Source: a virus (taxonomy: Duplodnaviria > Caudoviricetes). Taken from it: a stretch of 32,830 bases of DNA. Shown piece after piece: positions 1 to 8,215 of the stretch. Location: IMG/VR virus record IMGVR_UViG_3300025534_000026, positions 1 through 32,830 of that record; one strand, written 5' to 3'. Both the position numbers and the translations under genes were made by a program. The notes below the pieces were generated by a model. That model was not told the origin of the DNA, ran no database searches, and was given only the letters and a program-made list of their open reading frames with translations. Within the stretch, counting starts at the first letter, position 1; each line of letters begins with the position of its first letter.

Positions 1-107
1 GCCGAACCACTGATCGAACAAGCTGCCCGGCGCTCCTGCGACTGCTAAGGCAATAACGAAAAGCCAATACAGAACGTTACGCATGTGCACCTCGCATAAG
101 ATGCAAG

Positions 108-653
108 TCAGTAATGGTTGCAGTGAAGCGTTCCACCAAGGGGGCGGCAACTGGTGGTGCTATGGACTGGCGCAGAGCCGGAACCAGTCATGATTGCGGC
201 GCCGACTGCCATGGTTTGGAGAGCGGCTTGCTGACGTGCAGCAATGGCCTGCTGCTGAGCGGCATTCGCGACCGCAGCGTTGTTCATCCGGGCCTGCAAT
301 AGAGAGTTCGTTTCAGCGATAATTTCCGCCGACTTCGCGTTGTACTCTGCCTTGGTAATTTTCCCGGCGTCATACTGCTCTGCAAGGGCGATCTGGCGAG
401 CGTGCGATAGCTGGATCAGATCAATACCCGGGTGTCCAACTGACCTCTGCATGGCGAAGTGATATTCAAGGTCAGCCGCTGATACGCACTTGGCCCGGTC
501 AGTGGCCTTATTGGGGAATTGCTCCCTACAAGCGGCGAATGCCGCTTCCCGCTTCATGTTCGCATCGTGCGCGTCCTGACTGATTTGCGCCTGCTGAGCC
601 AGACCACAGCCGGCGAGCAGCAGGGTTACCAGCGTAAGTCTCACAAGTGCCAT
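108..653 (-). CDS. Lipoprotein, antisense moron of unknown function
   Basis: Signal peptide and lipobox MALVRLTLVTLLLAG-C; G-rich RBS; opposite orientation to neighbouring late genes. Confidence 0.8.
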   Translation of the reverse strand: MALVRLTLVTLLLAGCGLAQQAQISQDAHDANMKREAAFAACREQFPNKATDRAKCVSAADLEYHFAMQRSVGHPGIDLIQLSHARQIALAEQYDAGKITKAEYNAKSAEIIAETNSLLQARMNNAAVANAAQQQAIAARQQAALQTMAVGAAIMTGSGSAPVHSTTSCRPLGGTLHCNHY

Positions 654-683
654 GGCGTCCCCCCGGATGACCCATCAGTAACC

Positions 684-711
684 ACTTTATCCGACAGCAG
701 CGAATAGACAA
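684..711 (-). promoter_or_regulatory. Putative sigma70 promoter for the lipoprotein moron
   Basis: TTGTCT-16 bp-TAAAGT on the minus strand. Confidence 0.4.
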
Positions 712-1304
712 TGGCTGAAATTTCGGATCTCTCACCCAATGCGTCCTTGAACACCGGGCGCTTTCCCGAGGGCCAGCTTGTGCCATCGCTCAATAACGGC
801 GCCCGCGAGCTCGAGGCGATCCTGGCCAGGTGGTTTCTGGACACCAACGGTTCAGTCGTCACGTCCGGCTCCGCGAATGCCTATGCCATCCTGACGAACA
901 GGGCCGTCCCGAGCTATGAGGCCGGGCTCATCTTCGTGGTCCGCTTCCATCAGACCAACACGGGCGCGAGCACGTTCAAGGTGAACAACCTCGCCGTTAA
1001 GCCCCTGAAGCGCCACGGCGGCAAGGATCTAGCCCCTGGCGATATTGCGACCGGACAGATCGTCATCGTCGCCTACAACACTGCCGGCGATTACTTCGAG
1101 TGCATCGGCATCGGCGATGGGGCGCCGGTGGCGCCGGTCTACGCGGTCGCGGGCCTGCCGTCATCTCCCGCCCTCGGCCAGCTCGCATTTGCGCACGACG
1201 GCCGCAAAGCGGGCGAAAGCGAAGGCAACGGCACGGGCGTGCTCTGTTTCTACGACGGCACCGCATGGCGCGCGTGCGACACGGGGGCAACGGTCGCGGC
1301 ATGA
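711..1304 (+). CDS. Tail fibre/tail-associated protein
   Basis: 197 aa. The NTGASTFKVNNL...LAPGDIATGQIV...YN segment is typical of phage tail-fibre N-terminal regions; the C-terminal 'CFYDGTAWR' motif is fibre-like. Confidence 0.65.
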   Translation: MAEISDLSPNASLNTGRFPEGQLVPSLNNGARELEAILARWFLDTNGSVVTSGSANAYAILTNRAVPSYEAGLIFVVRFHQTNTGASTFKVNNLAVKPLKRHGGKDLAPGDIATGQIVIVAYNTAGDYFECIGIGDGAPVAPVYAVAGLPSSPALGQLAFAHDGRKAGESEGNGTGVLCFYDGTAWRACDTGATVAA

Positions 1305-1750
1305 AATTCGACAAGAACAAGCACTGCTTCGTCGCCGTCGATCCGAAGACGCGCGAGCAGCTATTCGTGCCCCTCTCAGAGCTGGGGCAGATGGTGGTCA
1401 AGGAAGTCGAGCGGATCGAGATTTCTGCGCCGCCGGCCGATCTCGGGCCAATACGACAGGAGCTGTCCGAGAAAATGGCCGCGGTGTTCGTGAAGATGGA
1501 GCAAGAGCTTAACAAGAAGATCGCGGCTTTAGAGGGCAAGATATTGCAAGAGGCTGATCGTCGCGCGCGTATGAAAATTCAGGCTCTTGCCGTCGTCAAT
1601 TGCGTGCAGACGCAAGAACCAATCGATCTTGATGCGGTGCCGGATCTTGTCGCAGAGGTTGCGGCGGCAGGGCAGCCAGTGACGGAACAAGCCATTATCG
1701 AGGCCGCTGACAGGCATTTAGCAGCGTCATTCCAAGCAGGGCGATCATGA
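1301..1750 (+). CDS. Hypothetical protein (coiled-coil centre)
   Basis: ATGA-coupled to the upstream and downstream genes; starts MKFDKNKHCF; 149 aa. Confidence 0.7.
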   Translation: MKFDKNKHCFVAVDPKTREQLFVPLSELGQMVVKEVERIEISAPPADLGPIRQELSEKMAAVFVKMEQELNKKIAALEGKILQEADRRARMKIQALAVVNCVQTQEPIDLDAVPDLVAEVAAAGQPVTEQAIIEAADRHLAASFQAGRS

Positions 1751-2589
1751 GCGACGAGAAATTCCGCGCCTGCCTTGCCGAGACCCTGAAATGGGAAGGC
1801 GGCTATAGCAATCACCCGGCAGATCCAGGCGGCCCCACGATGAAGGGCGTGATCCAACGGGTCTATGATGCATGGCGCGAGAAGAACGGGCTGCCGCGGC
1901 GCTCTGTGCGATTGATCGAGGACCACGAAGTCGAGGCGATTTACCGCGAGAATTATTGGAATATCGTTCGTGGTGATGAGCTTCCGCCTGGGCTCGATTT
2001 GGCCGTGTTCGATTTCGGCGTCAATTCTGGCCCGGCACGGGCGGCTCGGTATCTTCAGAAGGTGCTCAAGGTCAAGATCGACGGCGTTATCGGCCCCGTA
2101 ACGATTAAAGCTGCCAATGACGCAGATCCGCTCGAAACCATCAGGGCGCTGATGGCCGAACGCAGGGCGTTCCTCAACCAGATCCCCTATCGGCAGCATT
2201 TCATCAAGGGCTGGATGAACCGTTGCGCCGGCATCGAGCAAGCTTGCGTCGCCATGTGCAATCGGCCGATCAAGGATGCGCCGATCGCGCCGCTCGCTGA
2301 TGCGGACGCACAGAGCGAGACGCAGGCCCGGGCCGATTACGATCCACAGCCGACGTCTCCCGCGACTGTCGCCGCTGCCGGCACTGTAGCCGGCGCCGCT
2401 GCCGGCCAGGTCATCCCGGCCCCGCCTCCTGAGATCACCGAAACCGTCACCCAGCTCTCAATCTGGCAGACCGTGATCGCCAGCGGCCAGGCGGTCGCTT
2501 TGTTCGCCTTCGATAACTGGCCCTGGGTGCTGCTCGGCGTGGTCACGTTCGTCGGGTTGACGTGGTGGAATCGGAGGGCGCGATCATGA
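1747..2589 (+). CDS. Endolysin, glycoside hydrolase family 108, with peptidoglycan-binding region and hydrophobic C-terminus
   Basis: EGGYSNHPADPGGPTMKG, FDFGVNSG, DGVIGPVT and FIKGWMNR motifs of GH108. Confidence 0.92.
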   Translation: MSDEKFRACLAETLKWEGGYSNHPADPGGPTMKGVIQRVYDAWREKNGLPRRSVRLIEDHEVEAIYRENYWNIVRGDELPPGLDLAVFDFGVNSGPARAARYLQKVLKVKIDGVIGPVTIKAANDADPLETIRALMAERRAFLNQIPYRQHFIKGWMNRCAGIEQACVAMCNRPIKDAPIAPLADADAQSETQARADYDPQPTSPATVAAAGTVAGAAAGQVIPAPPPEITETVTQLSIWQTVIASGQAVALFAFDNWPWVLLGVVTFVGLTWWNRRARS

Positions 2590-2834
2590 TCGCCTTCGTG
2601 TTTCAGTGGCTTGTGAAGTCAACGATCGGCCGCATCGTGGCCGCGGCGTTGGTCGGGTTGGTCGCGTTGAGCATCAATAACTCGTGGCAGCGCCACAAGG
2701 GCGCAGAGCGGATCATCACGAACTCTATTAAACACGGCAAGGCCGCCAATGAACGGAACGCGAGAATCAGAGAGAAGGTCAAGGCTCCTGGCGCTGCTGA
2801 GCGCGTGCTGCGTAACTATTGCCGGGATTGCTAG
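2586..2834 (+). CDS. Putative inner-membrane spanin (Rz-like)
   Basis: ATGA overlap with the endolysin stop; N-terminal TM helix, basic helical tail, C-terminal CRDC; overlapped by a lipoprotein ORF. Confidence 0.65.
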   Translation: MIAFVFQWLVKSTIGRIVAAALVGLVALSINNSWQRHKGAERIITNSIKHGKAANERNARIREKVKAPGAAERVLRNYCRDC

Positions 2835-3009
2835 CGCCGGCTGCACGACGCCCATGATCGTGACGGCAGAAGAGCTCTGTCGCGATTGGAGACATCAGAC
2901 GGTCTCGAAAAATGACCGACTGACCCAGGAGACCGCAGAACAGATCGAAGCGAACAACCTGTCGCGGCCGAATTGGGGCTGCAAACTCGGAGAGAACCGA
3001 GCGGGGTAG
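2749..3009 (+). CDS. Putative outer-membrane spanin lipoprotein (Rz1-like)
   Basis: Overlaps the 3' end of the Rz-like gene in another frame; hydrophobic stretch then lipobox SAG-C. Confidence 0.65.
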   Translation: MNGTRESERRSRLLALLSACCVTIAGIASAGCTTPMIVTAEELCRDWRHQTVSKNDRLTQETAEQIEANNLSRPNWGCKLGENRAG

Positions 3010-3018
3010 GGGCCATGA

Positions 3019-3321
3019 ATGGACCAGACCAAAGATCCGCACGAATTGCCTCCCAGGATGAATGGGAGGCCGCACTTCGTCCCTTCCGGGCCGGACGCGA
3101 TCCTCTATCACCACGCCCAGAGCTTGGGCCGGATCGAAGCTCGACTCGATACTATAGACAGGCGTTTGGATCGTCTGGAAACCAAATCGCTCCTGGCTAT
3201 GGGACCGATCCATTGGCTTCAGATTGGCATCGGGATTACGGTCCTCGGCGCCGCTATCACCGGCCGTATGTCATGGGGGGAGAGCCTGCCAATCGTCGGA
3301 AAGGCGTTCGGCGGCCTGTGA
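3019..3321 (+). CDS. Putative holin (XhlA-like coiled-coil plus TM)
   Basis: LGRIEARLDTIDRRLDRLE coiled-coil followed by a TM helix; located in the lysis cassette. Confidence 0.5.
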   Translation: MDQTKDPHELPPRMNGRPHFVPSGPDAILYHHAQSLGRIEARLDTIDRRLDRLETKSLLAMGPIHWLQIGIGITVLGAAITGRMSWGESLPIVGKAFGGL

Positions 3322-3383
3322 GATGGCCCACGTGGTTCATGCTTGGGTGCGGAGCACTGGCAGGTGTGGTGCTGGTGATCTAG
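3318..3383 (+). CDS. 21-aa hydrophobic micropeptide (MRWPTWFMLGCGALAGVVLVI)
   Basis: GTGA overlap with the stop of the holin-like gene; almost entirely hydrophobic. Confidence 0.35.
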   Translation: MRWPTWFMLGCGALAGVVLVI

Positions 3384-3393
3384 CTAGATTTGT

Positions 3394-3639
3394 TCATGCA
3401 GACGTTGAATCTGTGCTGTCGTTGGTGCGGTCAACGTACCGTCTCTCGTAATGCAGCCCGAGTTTCCGCAGAGCGCGTTCGATCCGAACGGCCTCAATTT
3501 CTGACTTACACATCCACCCAAGGTCACGCTTGGAGAAATTAGTTCCGGAGAAGTCAGAAAGTTTGCCGACCGCCGCATGGATCGCATAGTCCATCGCCGG
3601 GTAGTTAGCGAAATCATAGGACGTTCGAACCTCTATCAT
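3394..3639 (-). CDS. Hypothetical protein
   Basis: ATG at 3639 with a GAGGG RBS; starts MIEVRTSYDF; 81 aa. Confidence 0.55.
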   Translation of the reverse strand: MIEVRTSYDFANYPAMDYAIHAAVGKLSDFSGTNFSKRDLGWMCKSEIEAVRIERALRKLGLHYERRYVDRTNDSTDSTSA

Positions 3640-3781
3640 CCCTCGGCCCTCCATTGCGATGACCGCACCAGCGTTTGCGGGCTGCAGAACGGTTGCTTGA
3701 AACAATATACTCTACCTCCCACGAGCACGTATAGCGGCGGGCGATCTCGCGGTCTTCTTCCGTGACCATGGGCTCGGTCAT
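3614..3781 (-). CDS. Small hypothetical protein
   Basis: ATGA-coupled to 3778..4053; starts MTEPMVTEEDREIARR; 55 aa. Confidence 0.35.
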   Translation of the reverse strand: MTEPMVTEEDREIARRYTCSWEVEYIVSSNRSAARKRWCGHRNGGPRDDRGSNVL

Positions 3782-4053
3782 TCCGATGATCCTGTAAGTT
3801 TCTTAGCCAGCATCTTCTCCCATTCCGTGACGCGTGGGCGATTAAGGGCGTCGTCAATATTGTCGAGGATGTACTTCCACGCTAATCCGCTGGCTGGGCC
3901 ATGGGCGATCACGCCATGCGCCTGGCGCAGCAATTCACGTAGGCGGGTGATCTCTGCGGCGGCTTCCCTGCACGCCTTGCCAAGTGGTTCTCCAGCGCGA
4001 GCGTCGAGATCCGCTACATCAAGCAGCCGCTCCACGATGTCTGATGGGTCCAT
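3778..4053 (-). CDS. Hypothetical phage protein
   Basis: SDIVERL...EAAAEITRLRELL pattern, common in small phage proteins; RBS present. Confidence 0.7.
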   Translation of the reverse strand: MDPSDIVERLLDVADLDARAGEPLGKACREAAAEITRLRELLRQAHGVIAHGPASGLAWKYILDNIDDALNRPRVTEWEKMLAKKLTGSSE

Positions 4054-4054
4054 A

Positions 4055-4270
4055 TCAATTCTCTTCCTGTTCGATGATCTTAAGGAAGAGATTATCTTCG
4101 TCTATCTCAGCGCTGAAGCCCGCGTGTTCGACCGCTGATTTCAGCGCACCGATGTCTAATTCAGGTCGCGAACAGCCTACCAGAATGGAGCCATCAGTCC
4201 ACCGACTAGCCCAAGAGCCGTCAATGTGCCTCACGGCGTCGCGGAGCTTTTTGACTGTCGAGTGCATCAC
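4055..4270 (-). CDS. Hypothetical protein, first gene of the leftward accessory operon
   Basis: GGGAG RBS directly downstream of a near-consensus promoter. Confidence 0.7.
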   Translation of the reverse strand: MMHSTVKKLRDAVRHIDGSWASRWTDGSILVGCSRPELDIGALKSAVEHAGFSAEIDEDNLFLKIIEQEEN

Positions 4271-4294
4271 TGTCTCTCCCTAGCTGATGATGGG

Positions 4295-4370
4295 AATATA
4301 GCAATTGAGCCTTATCTTGTCAAGGCGTGTCACGTCACGCCTTGACATTTGCCCCCGACGCGCGTATGTG
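4295..4370. promoter_or_regulatory. Back-to-back sigma70 promoters built on a 12-bp inverted repeat
   Basis: TGTCAAGGCGTG-N6-CACGCCTTGACA at 4318-4347. Leftward: TTGACA-17-TATATT. Rightward: TTGACA-17-TATGTG. Confidence 0.8.
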
Positions 4371-4377
4371 TCATGGC

Positions 4378-4551
4378 ATGAGCACCATGGCACGACTCAA
4401 GAAACTGCTGAGCGTTTACATCGACCCTGAGCTGCTGGCACGGCTTGAGGAATGGCTTGCTGGCCAGGAGTTCCCGCCGACTAAAACGGCAGCCGTCGAG
4501 GCCGCCCTGCGAGAATTTCTCGACCGCCGCGAGGCATCCGAGAAGCCCTAA
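4378..4551 (+). CDS. Ribbon-helix-helix (CopG/Arc-like) transcription regulator
   Basis: KKLLSVYIDPELLARLEEW...TKTAAVEAALREFL beta-alpha-alpha pattern. Confidence 0.8.
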   Translation: MSTMARLKKLLSVYIDPELLARLEEWLAGQEFPPTKTAAVEAALREFLDRREASEKP

Positions 4552-4573
4552 AGGAGGGGGAAGAAGTGAGGCC

Positions 4574-4774
4574 ATGCGCGCCTACTCGATCCACACCGAT
4601 CACCTGACGGTGGTCAGAATCACCAGCCGCGGCGGGCGACGGAAGTGTCACTGCGGCTGCGGCAGGCGAGCCACGCACTATTTGGCGGCAGACGGGTGCA
4701 ACATGGGGGAGGGGTGCGAGTGGTCCGTGTGGAGGCGCTTTCGGATGCTGAGGCCGAGAGAGAGGGGGAAGTGA
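4574..4774 (+). CDS. Small Cys-rich hypothetical protein
   Basis: GAGG RBS; CHCGC...H...C...C; 66 aa. Confidence 0.55.
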   Translation: MRAYSIHTDHLTVVRITSRGGRRKCHCGCGRRATHYLAADGCNMGEGCEWSVWRRFRMLRPRERGK

Positions 4775-4989
4775 TGCAGCGCGAGCGAGATTTAGAGCGG
4801 CGCATCGCCGAGCTAGAGGCAGAGAACCGCCGTATGCGGGAGGCGCTGGCACGAGTGCACCAATACCTCTGCGCCCTGCAAACTGTGTCGGACGATCTTG
4901 GACCGCACGTCAGCTCGAAATCAGTTGACGAGCATGAAGCGATCGCCCGCGCCGCTCTCAGCCAGTATGGAGATAGGAGCGAGGGATGA
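4771..4989 (+). CDS. Hypothetical protein (coiled-coil)
   Basis: GTGA overlap; RRIAELEAENRRMREAL...IARAAL pattern. Confidence 0.65.
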   Translation: MMQRERDLERRIAELEAENRRMREALARVHQYLCALQTVSDDLGPHVSSKSVDEHEAIARAALSQYGDRSEG

Positions 4990-5279
4990 GCGAGGATCAG
5001 CTTACGCATTGGGACCATCGCATTGTGCGGCGATATGCTCCGGATGGCTTGGACTATCTCGCAATCACCGAGGTCTACTACGCCGGGAACAAGCCCAAAA
5101 CCTTCGCTATCACCCCGTCCGCACCATTCGTCGCGCTCGCAGACTTCGAAACTGACGAAGAGCGCATTGCCATATTGCGCGAGGCTCTTGATCAGATGCG
5201 GCTCGCCCTCGACAAGCCAATTCTGGATGAGCGCGTGGATTTTAAGGACGAGATAGAGGGAGAGAAGCCGTGCGATTGA
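4986..5279 (+). CDS. Hypothetical phage protein
   Basis: ATGA overlap and RBS; WDHRIV...ITEVYY...[11 protein letters not shown]. Confidence 0.7.
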   Translation: MSEDQLTHWDHRIVRRYAPDGLDYLAITEVYYAGNKPKTFAITPSAPFVALADFETDEERIAILREALDQMRLALDKPILDERVDFKDEIEGEKPCD

Positions 5280-5515
5280 GCTCCGGCACAACCCTTAATT
5301 CAGATCGAGCCTGCCATCTCATTGAGCAGTGGTGCGGCTGCGGGCCTGACATCCCCCAATCCCGCGTGATCGAGGCTGTCCGCAGGGTGCCGCAAGACTT
5401 CGCCGCGGCCAAAGCTGCTGGGTATGTCACAAGCGACTGTGACGAGAGAGACTTTCGCGTGGCGCTGATGTTTCTCAGGAAGGCGGCGTTCGATAAGGGA
5501 GGGATTAGGGCGTGA
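5270..5515 (+). CDS. Hypothetical protein
   Basis: GTG start with GGAG RBS; last gene before attP. Confidence 0.5.
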   Translation: MRLSSGTTLNSDRACHLIEQWCGCGPDIPQSRVIEAVRRVPQDFAAAKAAGYVTSDCDERDFRVALMFLRKAAFDKGGIRA

Positions 5516-5606
5516 CACCAGAAGACGGGGGCACTGGCTGAGATGGCGCTGCATGAGTTGTATCGACCTTGATAGTGGACATACACATTGCAAGTGAGGC
5601 ACACAA

Positions 5607-5826
5607 CTGCCCCAACTTTTGTCCCTAGACGACAGTCGCGAGTGGCGCGTCCGGCGCGTCCTTTGCCACAATTGGCGCTGATTTTCCTTGGGAAATCTGG
5701 AGGCCACGGCCGGAATCGAACCGGCGTATACGGATTTGCAGTCCGTTTCAGCTACAGTCCTAAGTGCTTGATTTCCTTGCATTTGGTAGTTGGTGCACCT
5801 TCGTATCTGCCCAAGAATTGTCCCTA
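5607..5826. repeat. Putative integrase arm-type repeats and IHF site around the att core
   Basis: CTGCCCCAACTTTTGTCCCTA (5607-5627) and CTGCCCAAGAATTGTCCCTA (5807-5826). AATCAAGCACTTA (minus strand, 5761-5773) fits the IHF consensus WATCAANNNNTTR. Confidence 0.55.
5698..5746 (-). other. attP core: 3' half of tRNA-Cys(GCA)
   Basis: Minus strand reads ACGGA-CTGCAAA-TCCGT-ATAC-GCCGG-TTCGATT-CCGGC-CGTGGCC-T-CCA (anticodon arm, T arm, 3' acceptor strand, CCA). No 5' acceptor strand or D arm. Adjacent to the integrase stop. Confidence 0.9.
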
Positions 5827-6923
5827 TTCAGCGGAACGACCTCGGCCTCGCTTCTCTCAACCGCTCTGTGCAACTCATGCACGCGCAGGAACGCATAGTG
5901 CTTCTCCGTGACCTTCACGGAGCTGTGGCCGAGCCACTTCGATACTTCCTCCATCGAGAAGCCGCGGTCCTGCAACAGGCGGCAGCCGCACGTTCGGCGC
6001 AGGTCGTGCCATTGGACATGCTCCATAGGCTGCAGTCCCTTCCTGGCGCGCGTCTGGTTGGCCCTCCGGACGGCTTTCTGCAGCTCCTCGTAGAAGTATG
6101 GCGAGCTGGACGAATATCTGTTCCCTTCGTCCGTGCAGAAGAGATAGAGCGAGTGTAGGCTATCCTCCCGCAGCATCTCCGTGACGAGCTGGTAGACTCG
6201 CGGCAAAAGCGGGACGAAGCGCTCCTTGCTCGTCTTCGAGACCTCAGCGCGAACGCGTACCTGTCTAGCCCGCATGTCTATGTCTCGCTTTTCGAGCGCA
6301 CGCTGTTCCTCTAAGCGCAATCCCGTATCGAGAGCGAAGATGATCGCCTTGCGCGCCTTGGGTGAGGCGTGTGCCAGGATTTCGGCTTCTTCCTCGTGGG
6401 AGAGATAGCGGGTGCGCGCCGGCCCTTCTTCGAGGCCTTTCTTCTTCTTGCGGTTGCGCAGGAAGGGCTTGACGGGGTTCGATGTCACCCACTCCCATTC
6501 CTCGGCAAAAGAGAATATGACGGAAAGGCAGGCAAGGTCGCGGCGGATGGTCGATGCTGAGACGCCTTGCGCCTTGCGGGCTTGCTCAAACTCATTGAGC
6601 CTAGCCGATGTGATGTCCTCTAAGAGAACGCCGTCGAAGGACTTGAGCAGATTGGCGATCGAGACGAAGTAGCGGCGGGCTGATTTTGGTTTCAGCTCCT
6701 TGAAGTGCTCTTGTCCGAACCGCTCAGCCGCCTCGTTGAAGGTGCGCTTTGGCTTTTTCCCCCAGTTCGTCTCGATCAGCTCTCTGCGACGGATTTCAAG
6801 ACGCTCTCGAGCTTCTGTAAGGTTGTCGGTTTCGAGCGAGCCCTCGAACGTCTGGCCTTGGTGCGTGATGCGGTACCACCAGATGCGGCCGCGCTTACGG
6901 AGGTTCTTGGGGTATTTGGACAT
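5760..6923 (-). CDS. int: Tyrosine integrase
   Basis: DTGLR, K, HDLRRT, LGHS and HY catalytic motifs; N-terminal arm-binding-like WWYRI; likely start MSKYPKN. Confidence 0.95.
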   Translation of the reverse strand: MSKYPKNLRKRGRIWWYRITHQGQTFEGSLETDNLTEARERLEIRRRELIETNWGKKPKRTFNEAAERFGQEHFKELKPKSARRYFVSIANLLKSFDGVLLEDITSARLNEFEQARKAQGVSASTIRRDLACLSVIFSFAEEWEWVTSNPVKPFLRNRKKKKGLEEGPARTRYLSHEEEAEILAHASPKARKAIIFALDTGLRLEEQRALEKRDIDMRARQVRVRAEVSKTSKERFVPLLPRVYQLVTEMLREDSLHSLYLFCTDEGNRYSSSSPYFYEELQKAVRRANQTRARKGLQPMEHVQWHDLRRTCGCRLLQDRGFSMEEVSKWLGHSSVKVTEKHYAFLRVHELHRAVERSEAEVVPLNRDNSWADTKVHQLPNARKSST

Positions 6924-7135
6924 GGCTCGACCGGCCTCAACTGCTGCTGCCACCAGGGCAGGAACTTCTCGCGGTCGATGAAGAAGATGCGGCGCTCGCC
7001 ACACCACAGCTCGCGCACGCCCGGCACCTGCCCACTTGCCGCCAGGCGCTGCCAGTGCCTTGCACTGAGTCCAGTCAGAGCGGCAACCTCGGATATCCGC
7101 ATATCCCCATTGTTCACAGCGTCACTCATCATCAC
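6776..7135 (-). CDS. xis: Excisionase-like HTH protein
   Basis: MRISEVAALTGLSARHWQRL HTH; overlaps the 5' end of int. Confidence 0.7.
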   Translation of the reverse strand: MMMSDAVNNGDMRISEVAALTGLSARHWQRLAASGQVPGVRELWCGERRIFFIDREKFLPWWQQQLRPVEPCPNTPRTSVSAAASGGTASRTKARRSRARSKPTTLQKLESVLKSVAES

Positions 7136-7413
7136 GCCCCCGCATTTGCGATGGCATAAGCCTTTATGGTGACATAGGGGTCGGGTGGCGTCGCGGCATC
7201 CAGCATCTCAGGCGTCGGATCGCGTGGGACCAGCACCCACCCATCAGGTACAGCAGGCGGAGTGCGGCGGTTCCAGGCTGCGATAGCCTCGTCAATAGTC
7301 AAGCGGGCAATACCAAAGTGGCAGTTGTCGCAGCGGACGTATTTGTAAGCTAGAGTTACGGCTTCCGCCTCACCCCCGCAGAAGGGACACGGCAATAAAG
7401 TATGGTCAGTCAT
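7132..7413 (-). CDS. Lar-family restriction alleviation-like protein
   Basis: LLPCPFCGG...CDNC...AIAAWNRR, plus a VPDGWVLVPRDPTPEML tail. Confidence 0.8.
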   Translation of the reverse strand: MTDHTLLPCPFCGGEAEAVTLAYKYVRCDNCHFGIARLTIDEAIAAWNRRTPPAVPDGWVLVPRDPTPEMLDAATPPDPYVTIKAYAIANAGA

Positions 7414-7769
7414 CTCAAAACCACCGTTCCATCGAGTTTCTTTTTCCAGCGCGAATTACGACCACACGGCATGGGCCGCTTCGACACCCTCACTCCGAAA
7501 TGACGATCCCGCACCCGCTTCGACTTCGCGATCGCCTTCACATCGGATTTCGTTTTTTCCTTGTGGCAGCGATAGCAAAGCGGCCGCAAATTCGGTGGCT
7601 CGTCAGCACCATCCATCCAGGCAGGGATTTCGTGGTCCGCTTCCCACCTGTCTCGCACCGGGTCGATGATCGCGCCGCAATCCTTGCCTTGGCAGATGAG
7701 CTTGTTGTCAGGCGTGCGCCAATACTCAAATGTGAGGCGGCGGGAACGGACGGAGCTGGTGCGTTTCAT
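7410..7769 (-). CDS. HNH endonuclease
   Basis: C..C, EADHEIP, NLRPLCYRCHKEKT. Confidence 0.88.
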   Translation of the reverse strand: MKRTSSVRSRRLTFEYWRTPDNKLICQGKDCGAIIDPVRDRWEADHEIPAWMDGADEPPNLRPLCYRCHKEKTKSDVKAIAKSKRVRDRHFGVRVSKRPMPCGRNSRWKKKLDGTVVLR

Positions 7770-8212
7770 GCCGCGTGCTCCCTGAGCATTTCCTCCGGAT
7801 CGAGACCTGTTTCCGCCCTGATGACATCCGCAACATCATCGAACAGCCGGCACGCTTCCTTGTGCCCGAGCTTGGAAAAGGCAATCGACTTCGGCCGCCA
7901 TATAGCCAGCGTGTCGCCGTGGATGACGGGAACCGCATAAGAACCAGCCGCCCGTATAGCTGCCTCAGCTAGCAGCATCGCCCGCTCTTTACTCATCCCG
8001 GTGAGCGGTATGGTTGCGCCGATCTCCCGGTGTCCTGCTTTCATCTGCAGCCATTTCCGGCACTCTTCCTCGCTCGCAAACTGCCGCTCGTGTGACTCAG
8101 GCCAATGGTGGAATGCTGCCCGGATCATCGCGAAATACCGCCGGAGCTGGGGCACGCTGCGTGGCGCGCCGTTGGGCGGATCGAACGCGCAGCCGCAGTG
8201 GGGGCAGTGCAT
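7766..8212 (-). CDS. NinB/DUF1367-like recombination accessory protein
   Basis: RSVPQLRRYFAMI, LQMKAGH, PKSIAFSKL; lies between the ERF and HNH genes. Confidence 0.6.
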   Translation of the reverse strand: MHCPHCGCAFDPPNGAPRSVPQLRRYFAMIRAAFHHWPESHERQFASEEECRKWLQMKAGHREIGATIPLTGMSKERAMLLAEAAIRAAGSYAVPVIHGDTLAIWRPKSIAFSKLGHKEACRLFDDVADVIRAETGLDPEEMLREHAA

Positions 8213-8215
8213 TTG

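Noticed and set aside
4-19. Alphaproteobacterial LexA box
   Set aside because: GAAC-N8-GAAC spacing rather than N7, and not at an evident promoter.
1-56. 3' end of an upstream gene
   Set aside because: The reading frame cannot be determined from 56 bp.
5698-5770. Complete tRNA-Cys gene
   Set aside because: There is no 5' acceptor strand (GGCCACG) or D arm upstream of the anticodon arm; it is an att core.
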